From Bordetella parapertussis (GTDB lineage Bacteria > Pseudomonadota > Gammaproteobacteria > Burkholderiales > Burkholderiaceae_C): DNA of 58,966 nt. The position numbers and the translations under genes are program-made. The notes under the pieces are model-generated. The model was not told the origin of the DNA. It did no database searches and saw only the letters and a list, made by a program, of their open reading frames with translations. The stretch is taken from NCBI GenBank assembly GCA_945875935.1, contig CAMCNE010000001.1:1-58966 (forward strand), in the 5' to 3' direction. Of this stretch, positions 47,946-56,450 are shown in pieces. Each line of letters begins with the position of its first letter. Position 1 is the first letter of the stretch.

Positions 47946-50270
47946 ATGAACATGATGAGCAACAAGGAAGTTGGTTTTGCCGATCTCTTGAAGAACGGCA
48001 AGTCCCTCAAGCAGCACCGTGACGAGATCCTTGCGAGGACGGCGTCGACGGGCCACTACAACGGTCTGACCAAGCTGGCTTTCCGTGACCGTGACCCTAT
48101 CAGCTACGAGAAGCTGTTCTCGAAGCTGCGCGGTGGTCTGGTTCACGCTCGTGAAACCGCCAAGAAGATCGCAGCAAGCCCTATCGTTGAGCAAGAAGGC
48201 GAACTGTGCTTCACGCTGTACAACGAAGTCGGCGACTGCGTGCTGACCTCGACCGGCATCATCATCCACTGCGGAACGATGGGCGCTGCGATCAAGTACA
48301 TGTGCGAAAACAACTGGGAATCCAACCCAGGCATCGCTGACGGTGACATGTTCACCAACAACGATTGCGCCATCGGCAATGTGCACCCCTGCGACATCCA
48401 GACGATCGTTCCGGTCTTCCATGAAGGCCGTCTGATCAGCTGGGTGGGCGGCGTGACTCACGTGATCGACACCGGTGCAGTAACTCCTGGTTCGATGAAC
48501 ACCGGACAAGTCTCGCGTTTTGGCGACGGCTACATGATCACCTGCCGCAAGACTGGTGTGAATGACGTTTGCCTGCGCGACTGGTTGCATGAGAGCCAGC
48601 GTTCGGTCCGTACGCCAAAGTACTGGATCCTGGACGAGAAGACCCGCATCGCTGGCTGCCACATGATCCGTGAGCTCGTTCACGAAGTCATCGCTGCTGA
48701 CGGTATCGAAGCATATGAGGCCTTCTGCGCGGAAGTGATCGAAGAGGGTCGTCAAGGCCTGATCATGCGCATCAAGGCCATGTGCATTCCTGGCGTTTAT
48801 CGCAAGGTCGCTTTCGTTGACGTGCCATATGCGCACGAAGACGTGGGTGTGTCTTCGAAGTTCGCCAAGCTTGACTGCATCATGCACTCGCCTGTCGAAA
48901 TGACGATCTACAAGACCGGCAAGTGGCGTCTTGACTTTGAGGGTGCAAGCCGTTGGGGCTGGCACACTTTCAACGCTCACCACGTCGCTTTCACCAGCGG
49001 CCTGTGGGTGGCGATGTGCCAAACCCTCGTTCCTACCCAGCGTATCAATGACGGCGCTTACCTCGCGACCGAATTGCATATGCCTAAGGGCACTTGGTGC
49101 AATCCGGACGACCGTCGCACGGGTCACGCCTACGCTTGGCACTTCCTGGTGTCGGGTTGGTCTGCACTGTGGCGCGGTCTGAGCCAGTCGTACTACAGCC
49201 GTGGCTACCTCGAAGAAACCAACGCGGGTAACGCCAACACCTCTAACTGGCTGCAAGGCGGCGGTATCAACCAAGACGGCGAAATCCACGCTGTGAACAG
49301 CTTCGAGGCTTCGTCTTGCGGTACCGGTGCTTGCGCACTCAAAGACGGTCTCAACCACGCTGCAGCCATCTGGAACCCAGAAGGCGACATGGGCGACGTC
49401 GAGATCTGGGAAATGGCTGAGCCTCTCCTGTACCTCGGCCGTAACGTCAAGGCCAATTCGGGTGGCTACGGCAAGTACCGCGGTGGCTGCGGTTTCGAGA
49501 CCCTGCGGATGGTCTGGAACTCGCAAGACTGGTCGATGTTCTTCATGGGCAACGGCTACATGAACAGCGACTGGGGTCTGATGGGCGGTTACCCATCGGC
49601 AACTGGCTATCGTTTCGAAGCTCACAAGACCGGTCTCGAGCGTCGCATCGCCAACGGCGAGCCGATTCCTCTGGGCGCCGACTTGGATCCTACCGCCAAG
49701 ATCTACGAGCAGAGCATCGACGCAACGGCAGTCGTCAAGCGCGACCAACAGTGCATCACGACCGAAGAATGCTATGCGAACCATGACCTGTACCTGAACT
49801 ACCTCCGTGGTGGCCCAGGCTTCGGGGATCCTTTGACGCGTGACCCGAAGTCCGTCGAAAGCGACCTGAACCAGAAGTTCTTGCTGGTTGAGTTTGCTCG
49901 CAAGGTCTACGGTGCTGTCGTCACGCAAGATGCCAAGGGCGTCTATCACGTTGATGCCGCTGCAACCCAAGCCCGCCGCGCAGAAATCCGCAAGGAGCGT
50001 ATCGCTCGTTCGGTTCCAACCCGCGAGTGGATGAAGGAAGAGCGTAACCGCATCATCAACAAGCATGCTTCGCAAGCAGTTCAGCACATGTTCGCGACCA
50101 GCTTGGCCTTGTCCGAAAAGTGGACCACGAAGTTCCGTACGTTCTGGGATCTGCCTGCCGACTGGCAACTGCTCGAGACCGAGCTGGGCATTCCTTCGTA
50201 CGGCTCGAAGTTCCGTATGGACCTGTCCTTGATGCCTGACGTTCGCACCGTTGTTCAGGTTGAAGAGTAA
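47946..50270 (+). CDS. acxB: Acetone carboxylase-type alpha subunit (hydantoinase B family)
   Basis: 774 aa with an AGGAG Shine-Dalgarno. Hydantoinase B-like throughout. Lies between acxA and acxC. Confidence 0.85.
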   Translation: MNMMSNKEVGFADLLKNGKSLKQHRDEILARTASTGHYNGLTKLAFRDRDPISYEKLFSKLRGGLVHARETAKKIAASPIVEQEGELCFTLYNEVGDCVLTSTGIIIHCGTMGAAIKYMCENNWESNPGIADGDMFTNNDCAIGNVHPCDIQTIVPVFHEGRLISWVGGVTHVIDTGAVTPGSMNTGQVSRFGDGYMITCRKTGVNDVCLRDWLHESQRSVRTPKYWILDEKTRIAGCHMIRELVHEVIAADGIEAYEAFCAEVIEEGRQGLIMRIKAMCIPGVYRKVAFVDVPYAHEDVGVSSKFAKLDCIMHSPVEMTIYKTGKWRLDFEGASRWGWHTFNAHHVAFTSGLWVAMCQTLVPTQRINDGAYLATELHMPKGTWCNPDDRRTGHAYAWHFLVSGWSALWRGLSQSYYSRGYLEETNAGNANTSNWLQGGGINQDGEIHAVNSFEASSCGTGACALKDGLNHAAAIWNPEGDMGDVEIWEMAEPLLYLGRNVKANSGGYGKYRGGCGFETLRMVWNSQDWSMFFMGNGYMNSDWGLMGGYPSATGYRFEAHKTGLERRIANGEPIPLGADLDPTAKIYEQSIDATAVVKRDQQCITTEECYANHDLYLNYLRGGPGFGDPLTRDPKSVESDLNQKFLLVEFARKVYGAVVTQDAKGVYHVDAAATQARRAEIRKERIARSVPTREWMKEERNRIINKHASQAVQHMFATSLALSEKWTTKFRTFWDLPADWQLLETELGIPSYGSKFRMDLSLMPDVRTVVQVEE

Positions 50271-50313
50271 TCTTCAACTTATCAGCAACGATTCCGTAAA
50301 TTTGGAGATTTAG

Positions 50314-50820
50314 ATGTCGACTTACACTCAAGAACAAGTCAATAACATGGTAGCGGGAACGCTCGATTGGGATACGACTTTCCGCATGTTGTCTATGCCG
50401 AAGGACGCAGACCGATTTTCCATGTACCTGCACACGCTGCAGGCTAACGTGACTTTCCCTGACAAGATCGTGCTTCCGCTTTCGCCGCACATGTACATCG
50501 TGCAATCGGTGAAGACGAAGAAGTGGATCGTCAAGTGCGATTGTGGCCATGAGTTTTGCGGCTACAAGGAAAACTGGAAGCTGTTTGCGAACATTTACGT
50601 TCGTGATAACGCTGAGGCAATGGCTGAGGTGTATCCTAAGTTCATGGCTCCAGATACGAACTGGCAGGTTTATCGCGAGTACTATTGCCCAAGCTGCGGC
50701 GTCATGCATGACGTCGAGGCACCGGTGCCTTGGTACCCTGTGATTCACGACTTCGAGCCCGATATCGATACGTTCTACAAGGAATGGGTCAATCTGCCTA
50801 TGCCTGAACGAGCTGATTGA
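50314..50820 (+). CDS. acxC: Acetone carboxylase-type gamma subunit
   Basis: 168 aa. Cys/His cluster KCDCGHEFC...CPSCG is typical of the zinc-binding gamma subunit. Confidence 0.85.
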   Translation: MSTYTQEQVNNMVAGTLDWDTTFRMLSMPKDADRFSMYLHTLQANVTFPDKIVLPLSPHMYIVQSVKTKKWIVKCDCGHEFCGYKENWKLFANIYVRDNAEAMAEVYPKFMAPDTNWQVYREYYCPSCGVMHDVEAPVPWYPVIHDFEPDIDTFYKEWVNLPMPERAD

Positions 50821-50861
50821 TTTAGTGTTCGGATGCCTGTTCGTGAGAGCGGGCATCCAAG

Positions 50862-50899
50862 GCACGGCTGGAGTATTCCGGCCGTGCTTTTTTTGTTTT
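50862..50899 (+). terminator. Rho-independent terminator after acxC
   Basis: gcacggc...gccgtgc stem followed by TTTTTTTGTTTT. A second hairpin, ggatgcc...ggcatcc, lies at 50831-50858. Confidence 0.65.
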
Positions 50900-51028
50900 A
50901 ACAAAGCCTCGAGAAGAAGGTGGTTTTCTTGGTTAGTCTGTACTGGTAAATCAAATATTTTTTGATCTGAGCCATTCAATATAGTTGGCACAACGCGAAA
51001 TGCGAATGGCCACATAAAGGAGACAACG

Positions 51029-52036
51029 GTGGTAGAGAAATCAAAGAGTGGTTTGTCGAGGGTTTTAAATTTCATCCCTCAGGTGATGCCGATTATTATT
51101 ATCGGCGGACTTCTTTATGCTGGCTTTTTCGTGAAAGCAGAAGCGGTCATCACGAAGGTGGAACCCAAGGCGATTGAGCGCCGAGACAATTTCATCAGTG
51201 TGGCTGCGCCATCCGAACAAGTCGCGTGGGCAGCGGGCACTGCCGGCAAGGTAGTCCGCACCGAAGATGGAGGAAAGACTTGGGTCGCTCAGAAAACGAA
51301 GACGCTCGAAAATCTTCAGGGCCTCGCCGCCTTTGACGATAAAAATGCGATCGTGGTCGGCAATCACAGCCTGATTCTCTACACCACAGACGGCGGCGCG
51401 ACTTGGAATCAGGCAACGCAGCCCACCCCACCGAAGCCCGAAATCAGCAAGTTGTTCCGGGTTCAGATTGCTGGTAACACTGTCTGGGCCGTAGGTGAGT
51501 ACAACACGCTCCTGCGTTCGGACGACAAAGGCGTGACCTGGACTCGTGTGCTTCCAGAGATGGACCGCAATCTGAACACCATCGCGTTCGCCGGGGACGT
51601 GGGCATCATCTTCGGAGAAGCTGGGCTGACCCTGCGCTCAACCGATGGTGGCGCAACTTGGGAGGAGATCAAGGTCGACAACATGGTCAGCCTGATGAAC
51701 GTGGCCTTCCGTGACGACAAGCATGGGGTTGCCGTTGGGCTGACTGGAACCATGATGACCACCGAAGATGCAGGCATGACCTGGGTGGCGATGCCTAACG
51801 CGACCGACGAGCACTTGCTCAACGTGCGCTGGGAAGGTGATCAGTGGTTTGCCGTTGGTGACAAAGGCGTCGTCGTGACCTCGAATGCCGAAGCCAAGGA
51901 ATGGAAGGCAGGCAAGATCTTTGAGGGCGATGTTGCGTGGAGGACACAAATGGTAAAGCAGGGTCCACGCTACTACGTTGTCGGAGCGAATCTGGCTATC
52001 CTCGAAGGTGGAAAGCTTGCCGTCGCTGGTCGTTGA
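51029..52036 (+). CDS. Membrane-anchored Ycf48/BNR (Asp-box) beta-propeller protein
   Basis: GTG start with AGGAG 7 nt upstream. One N-terminal transmembrane segment. Five S/TxDxGxTW boxes (TEDGGKTW, TTDGGATW, SDDKGVTW, STDGGATW, TEDAGMTW). Confidence 0.75.
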   Translation: MVEKSKSGLSRVLNFIPQVMPIIIIGGLLYAGFFVKAEAVITKVEPKAIERRDNFISVAAPSEQVAWAAGTAGKVVRTEDGGKTWVAQKTKTLENLQGLAAFDDKNAIVVGNHSLILYTTDGGATWNQATQPTPPKPEISKLFRVQIAGNTVWAVGEYNTLLRSDDKGVTWTRVLPEMDRNLNTIAFAGDVGIIFGEAGLTLRSTDGGATWEEIKVDNMVSLMNVAFRDDKHGVAVGLTGTMMTTEDAGMTWVAMPNATDEHLLNVRWEGDQWFAVGDKGVVVTSNAEAKEWKAGKIFEGDVAWRTQMVKQGPRYYVVGANLAILEGGKLAVAGR

Positions 52037-52063
52037 AGTGACTGCAAAAATCCGGAGACAAAA

Positions 52064-54448
52064 TTGAAAAATACAACATTCAGCAAAGTTCATAGGGCGT
52101 TCTCGTGGTTCATAGACCACCGAATGATGTTGATTGCACTGATCCTGCTCGCAACGGCCGCTATGGGTTACATGGCGAGCAAGGTTGAGGTCAAGACGAT
52201 CTTCAGTGACCTGCTTCCAAAGACCCACCCTTATGTGAAGGTCAACCAGCAATTCAAGTCCACCTTTGGCGGCTCGAACCTGGTGACCATCATGGTCGAG
52301 AATCAAAAGGGCGAGATTTTCGACCTGAAGGTTCTTGAGGCTGTCCAGAAGTTGACCGTTGGCATGCAGCAGGTCAATGGAATTGACACCTACCAGATCA
52401 TTTCGCTGGCTTCCAAGAAGATCAAGGAGATTCGCGCGTCCACGGAAGGGGTGGAATCCAAGCCCATCATGTGGCCGCGGCTGCCTGAAGGGCCTGAGCA
52501 AATGGCGAAACTGAGGGCAGCGGTCCTCAACAACCCGCTCGTTTATGGTCCCTATGTGTCACTGGACCTGAAGGCAACGCTGATTACGGCCGATTTCCGC
52601 GATGGCGAAATCGACTACACAAAAGCCTTCAACGAGATCATGGCGCAGATCGAGGAGGTCAAAAAAGGCGCTGACGGCGTCACGATTCGTGTTGTGGGTG
52701 AGCCGGTTCTGTATGGCTGGGTGAATTTTTACCTTGACGAAACCATCAAGATCTTCTTTGGGGCCATTTGCTCACTGTTCATTATCTTGCTGGTCATCAC
52801 CCGCACTTGGCATGGCACGTTCCTGCCCTTGGTTGCGGGAGCCATCAGCGCCATCTGGGCGCTGGGTGCGGCAAAGCTGATGGGTTTCCATCTTGACCCG
52901 CTGGTGATCGTGGTGGCCTTCTTGATCACAGCGCAGGCCGTTTCTAACTCAGTCCAGTTGATTTCGCGTTACGACGACGAAATTGCCGCAGGAGCGAAAA
53001 CCTCAAAAGAAGCGGCTGTTGCGAGTGCTGAGAATCTGTTCAAACCCAGTATGTTGGCAATCGTTGCTGACGCTGGATGTGTGCTGGTGGTGGCTTTGAC
53101 CCCCATTCCCATGCTGGAGAAGATTTCCTACATTGGCACGGTTTGGATCTTCTCCATCATCATCAGTGCGTTGATTCTCACTCCCGTCTTGTTGTCATTT
53201 GTCAAGCCTAAGACGCATTTCGTTCATCCGATCAATGTTCGGCCGCTTCTTGACAGCATCCTGGGAGTTAGCGCAAGTTTGGTGACCTCCTCTGCGCGCT
53301 TCGTCGTTCTGGGTTTGACGGTTCTGGTCTTTATTGGCACAGGCTGGTATGCGTTCAACCTGAAGGTGGGTGATGCCAACCCGGGGTCACCGATCTTGTG
53401 GCCTGATTCGTCTTACAACACCGACGCATCCGAAATCAATCGCCAGTTCCAGGGTTCGGACCGGATGTTCGTGGTCGTGGCGGGCAACCAGAACGGTTCG
53501 CTGCGTGAGCCGGAAGTGCTGCAAAGCATGACCAACTTCCAGCGTTATATGGAAGCCCAGCCGGAGGTCGGTGGCAGCGTTTCTGTGGCAGACATCTTGC
53601 CGCAGGTTCGTCGTGTGCTTCGCGAGGGCAATCCGATGTACGCCGAGCTCGGCGCGACATCTGACGAAAACAGCGAACTGACCTACATCTTCGTGGCGGG
53701 TTCAGACCCAGGCGACATGGATCGCTACGCGGATGCTTTCGCGAAGAACGGCGCGGTCACACTGTTCTTCCGTGATCACCAAGGCGACACGATCAGCACT
53801 GCTATTGCTCGTGTGCAGGCTTACGTGAATGCTCCGGAAAACCAACTCAAGAACGCGCAGTACATGCTTGCGGGTGGTCTGGTTGGCGTTCTGGCAGCGG
53901 TGAACGAGGTGATTCTGGCGGGTCAGATTGAAGCCATTGCTCTCGCCTTGCTGGTGCTTGTGGTGTGCTGCACGTTCACTTATCGCTCGATGGTTGCGGG
54001 TGTGTTCTTCATGATTCCGGTCATGTTGTCGAACACCATCACCTTCAGCTACATGGCGTGGGCGGGCATCGGCATGAACATCAACACCTTGCCGGTGGTG
54101 GCGCTGGGTATTGGCTTGGGTGTGGACTACACGTTCTACATCGTTGACGGTATCCGCGAAGAACTCCACCACTCGTCCGACGTCGAGGCAGCGATTCTGA
54201 AGGCGCTGCGCAGTTCCGGACGAGGTGTGATGGTCACAGCCATCACGCTGGTTGGCAGCGTGGGTCTGTGGGCGTTTTCGTCGGTTCGTCTGCAAGCAGA
54301 CATGGGCTTTTTGATTGCCTTGTGGCTGTCGATCTCGGCGTTCAGTGCGCTGTTCATCATGCCGGCAATCGTTTATGTGTTCCGTCCTGCGTTCGTGGTG
54401 GGTGATGAAGATCATCCCATCGAGCAGGCGAAACCAGTGGGTGTGTGA
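52064..54448 (+). CDS. RND/MMPL-family transporter
   Basis: TTG start with GGAG 6 nt upstream. 794 aa with two hydrophobic clusters (about aa 230-400 and 620-790), each preceded by a large soluble loop. Confidence 0.75.
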   Translation: MKNTTFSKVHRAFSWFIDHRMMLIALILLATAAMGYMASKVEVKTIFSDLLPKTHPYVKVNQQFKSTFGGSNLVTIMVENQKGEIFDLKVLEAVQKLTVGMQQVNGIDTYQIISLASKKIKEIRASTEGVESKPIMWPRLPEGPEQMAKLRAAVLNNPLVYGPYVSLDLKATLITADFRDGEIDYTKAFNEIMAQIEEVKKGADGVTIRVVGEPVLYGWVNFYLDETIKIFFGAICSLFIILLVITRTWHGTFLPLVAGAISAIWALGAAKLMGFHLDPLVIVVAFLITAQAVSNSVQLISRYDDEIAAGAKTSKEAAVASAENLFKPSMLAIVADAGCVLVVALTPIPMLEKISYIGTVWIFSIIISALILTPVLLSFVKPKTHFVHPINVRPLLDSILGVSASLVTSSARFVVLGLTVLVFIGTGWYAFNLKVGDANPGSPILWPDSSYNTDASEINRQFQGSDRMFVVVAGNQNGSLREPEVLQSMTNFQRYMEAQPEVGGSVSVADILPQVRRVLREGNPMYAELGATSDENSELTYIFVAGSDPGDMDRYADAFAKNGAVTLFFRDHQGDTISTAIARVQAYVNAPENQLKNAQYMLAGGLVGVLAAVNEVILAGQIEAIALALLVLVVCCTFTYRSMVAGVFFMIPVMLSNTITFSYMAWAGIGMNINTLPVVALGIGLGVDYTFYIVDGIREELHHSSDVEAAILKALRSSGRGVMVTAITLVGSVGLWAFSSVRLQADMGFLIALWLSISAFSALFIMPAIVYVFRPAFVVGDEDHPIEQAKPVGV

Positions 54449-54539
54449 AGGTCGCCTCTTGCTTGTTGGCTCCGGTTTACGCCGGGCCAACAGGTGAGGG
54501 GTGTTGGTTAGTGGTGGTATCAACGGAAGGAATGGAGAC

Positions 54540-56432
54540 ATGAAAATAGAAAAGAGCTTCAAGCGGGCCATCCCTGGCCTCGCCGCGGCAGCAGCCCTCG
54601 CAATGGGTCTGCCTGTTGCACACGCCGCGGACGCCGCAGGCGCTGGTGATTTCAAGTTCGCTTTGTCGGGTTATGCGCGTGCTTGGGTTTCGATCAACCT
54701 TGAAAACCAAGGTGAGTTCAAGCCAAACAATGGTCTGCACAACGGTGTCGGTTGCCCAGTGGGCGCGACAACTGGCGGTACCGGCGGTGGCGGTGCTTGC
54801 GCAGGACCCTACGCAGCGAACAGCTTGGCCAATCAAGCTTTCGCTCCGAACAATAACAAGCAGAGCAACGTGACGGGTACCGCCGACGGCGCGACCCTGG
54901 TACCCAACAACGCCGGGTATGCCGCCAGCGACTACAACTCGAAGTACAAGCCTTCGATGATTCGCGGTTCGATCTTGCTGGACGGTGATGCGTCTTACAT
55001 GGGCTTGAAGTTCAAGGCCATCGCTCGCCTTGATCGTGAATACAAGACCGACTACCTCGAAGAGCTCGAGGACCTGCGCAAGGCCAACTTGTCAGGCAAT
55101 GGCTCCAGCCCTTTTGGATACAACGACGGCAAGTTGAATCCAAGCAGCATCATGGACAACTACAACAACTTCGACTTTCGCGAGTTCTGGGTTGAAGCGC
55201 CGATCGGTGACCGCACCACGGTCAAGATCGGCCGTCAGCAGATCGTCTGGGGCGAGTCCGACTTCTTCCACGCCATGGATGTGGTGCACGGCTACGACTT
55301 GAGCTGGCGTCTGTTCTTTGAGGGCGAGAACGAAGAGTGGCGCAAGCCGCTGATCTTGATCTCGACCAAGATCCGCATCCCCGAAGCCGATGGCATGCTG
55401 GCTGCGTACATCCGTCCAGGCTGGGACCGATGCCAAGACATCGGCAACACCTATGACGTGAACGGTGGCCGCTGGTTCTTCAACCCTTATCGTGGTTACA
55501 CGCTCGAAACGACCACGAAAAAGGATTGCTCGCAAGAGAATTGGGACGAGAGCAACATCGGTGGCGGTATTCGCTGGCAGGGTGAGGCGTTCGATCTGAG
55601 CTACTCCATCGCCTATCTGCACGCAAATTCCGCAGATCCGGTGGCCAACCCGAATCCGAACGTGACAGGTGCTGCCACTGGCTACAAGGGTTCGCAGGTT
55701 CAAGGTTCAATCTTTGACCGAATCCACCCAGAAATCGACGTGATTGGCGTGACGCTCAGCGGTTACTCGGCGATGATGGATGCAGTGATCAGTACCGAGG
55801 TGGCTTACACCTTCAATCAGCCGTTCAACCAAGGAACTGGCGGTTTCTTTGGCTATGCGGGCAACCCAGATGATCCTTTCGCTGGTGCACAAAATTGCCC
55901 GACAGGTTCGCTTGGGTCAGGTGTTGGCTTTGACGTAGCCGGGGTTTCTCCCGGCGTCGGCCTTTGCGGTATCAAGACCAAGGGCGTGATCAACTCGATG
56001 CTGCGCATCGACAAGAACCTGAGCCTCGAAGACACCTTGGGCACCTCACGCCCTTCGTTCTCGTCGATTCAGTTGTTCGACCAGTGGGTCATGGACTGGA
56101 AGGACTCTGAGCAGTTGGTTCGTTTGTTCGCCTACGGCACGCCGCTGAAGGAGCACAACACGATCCTGACCGCATTCACCGTGCTGAACTACATGAACGA
56201 CAAGATCAACCCGAGCTTTGTGGTTGGCTTCGACATCAACAACGGTGGCGGTTTCGCGATTCCAGCAGTGGCATTCACCTTGAACGACAACTGGGTCGGC
56301 AAGATTGAGGCTGACATCTTCTGGAGCGGTGGTCGCACCGAGAACGCGCAGTTCTCGAACGAGCGTTCACAGCTGTTTGGCTATTTCGACAAGTCCACAC
56401 AGCTGGTTTTCCGTCTGACACGTCAATTCTGA
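54540..56432 (+). CDS. DUF1302-family predicted outer-membrane protein
   Basis: Start at MKIEKSF with a signal peptide ending AHA. KIGRQQIVWGESDFFHAMD signature and an aromatic C-terminal residue (…LTRQF). Confidence 0.75.
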   Translation: MKIEKSFKRAIPGLAAAAALAMGLPVAHAADAAGAGDFKFALSGYARAWVSINLENQGEFKPNNGLHNGVGCPVGATTGGTGGGGACAGPYAANSLANQAFAPNNNKQSNVTGTADGATLVPNNAGYAASDYNSKYKPSMIRGSILLDGDASYMGLKFKAIARLDREYKTDYLEELEDLRKANLSGNGSSPFGYNDGKLNPSSIMDNYNNFDFREFWVEAPIGDRTTVKIGRQQIVWGESDFFHAMDVVHGYDLSWRLFFEGENEEWRKPLILISTKIRIPEADGMLAAYIRPGWDRCQDIGNTYDVNGGRWFFNPYRGYTLETTTKKDCSQENWDESNIGGGIRWQGEAFDLSYSIAYLHANSADPVANPNPNVTGAATGYKGSQVQGSIFDRIHPEIDVIGVTLSGYSAMMDAVISTEVAYTFNQPFNQGTGGFFGYAGNPDDPFAGAQNCPTGSLGSGVGFDVAGVSPGVGLCGIKTKGVINSMLRIDKNLSLEDTLGTSRPSFSSIQLFDQWVMDWKDSEQLVRLFAYGTPLKEHNTILTAFTVLNYMNDKINPSFVVGFDINNGGGFAIPAVAFTLNDNWVGKIEADIFWSGGRTENAQFSNERSQLFGYFDKSTQLVFRLTRQF

Positions 56433-56450
56433 TCAAAAGGAGTATTTCAA

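Noticed and set aside
47622-50168. An 848-aa ORF antisense to acxB, strikingly long for a moderate-G+C gene.
   Set aside because: Its codons are in exact register with the sense codons ((50166-47946) is divisible by 3). It therefore stays open simply because the sense gene almost never uses TTA, CTA or TCA. The translation is low-complexity (V/D/A/R/H-rich) with no recognisable motifs, whereas the sense product is a clear AcxB.
50980-51000. TGGCAC at 50986 as a second sigma-54 promoter, for the envelope module.
   Set aside because: The GC dinucleotide is not at the required GG-N10-GC spacing and no TTGC-like -12 element follows.
50056-51075. A 339-aa minus-strand ORF spanning the acxB end, acxC and the terminator region.
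   Set aside because: It crosses a strong intrinsic terminator and an A+T-rich intergenic region, has no motifs, and is opposite well-supported genes.
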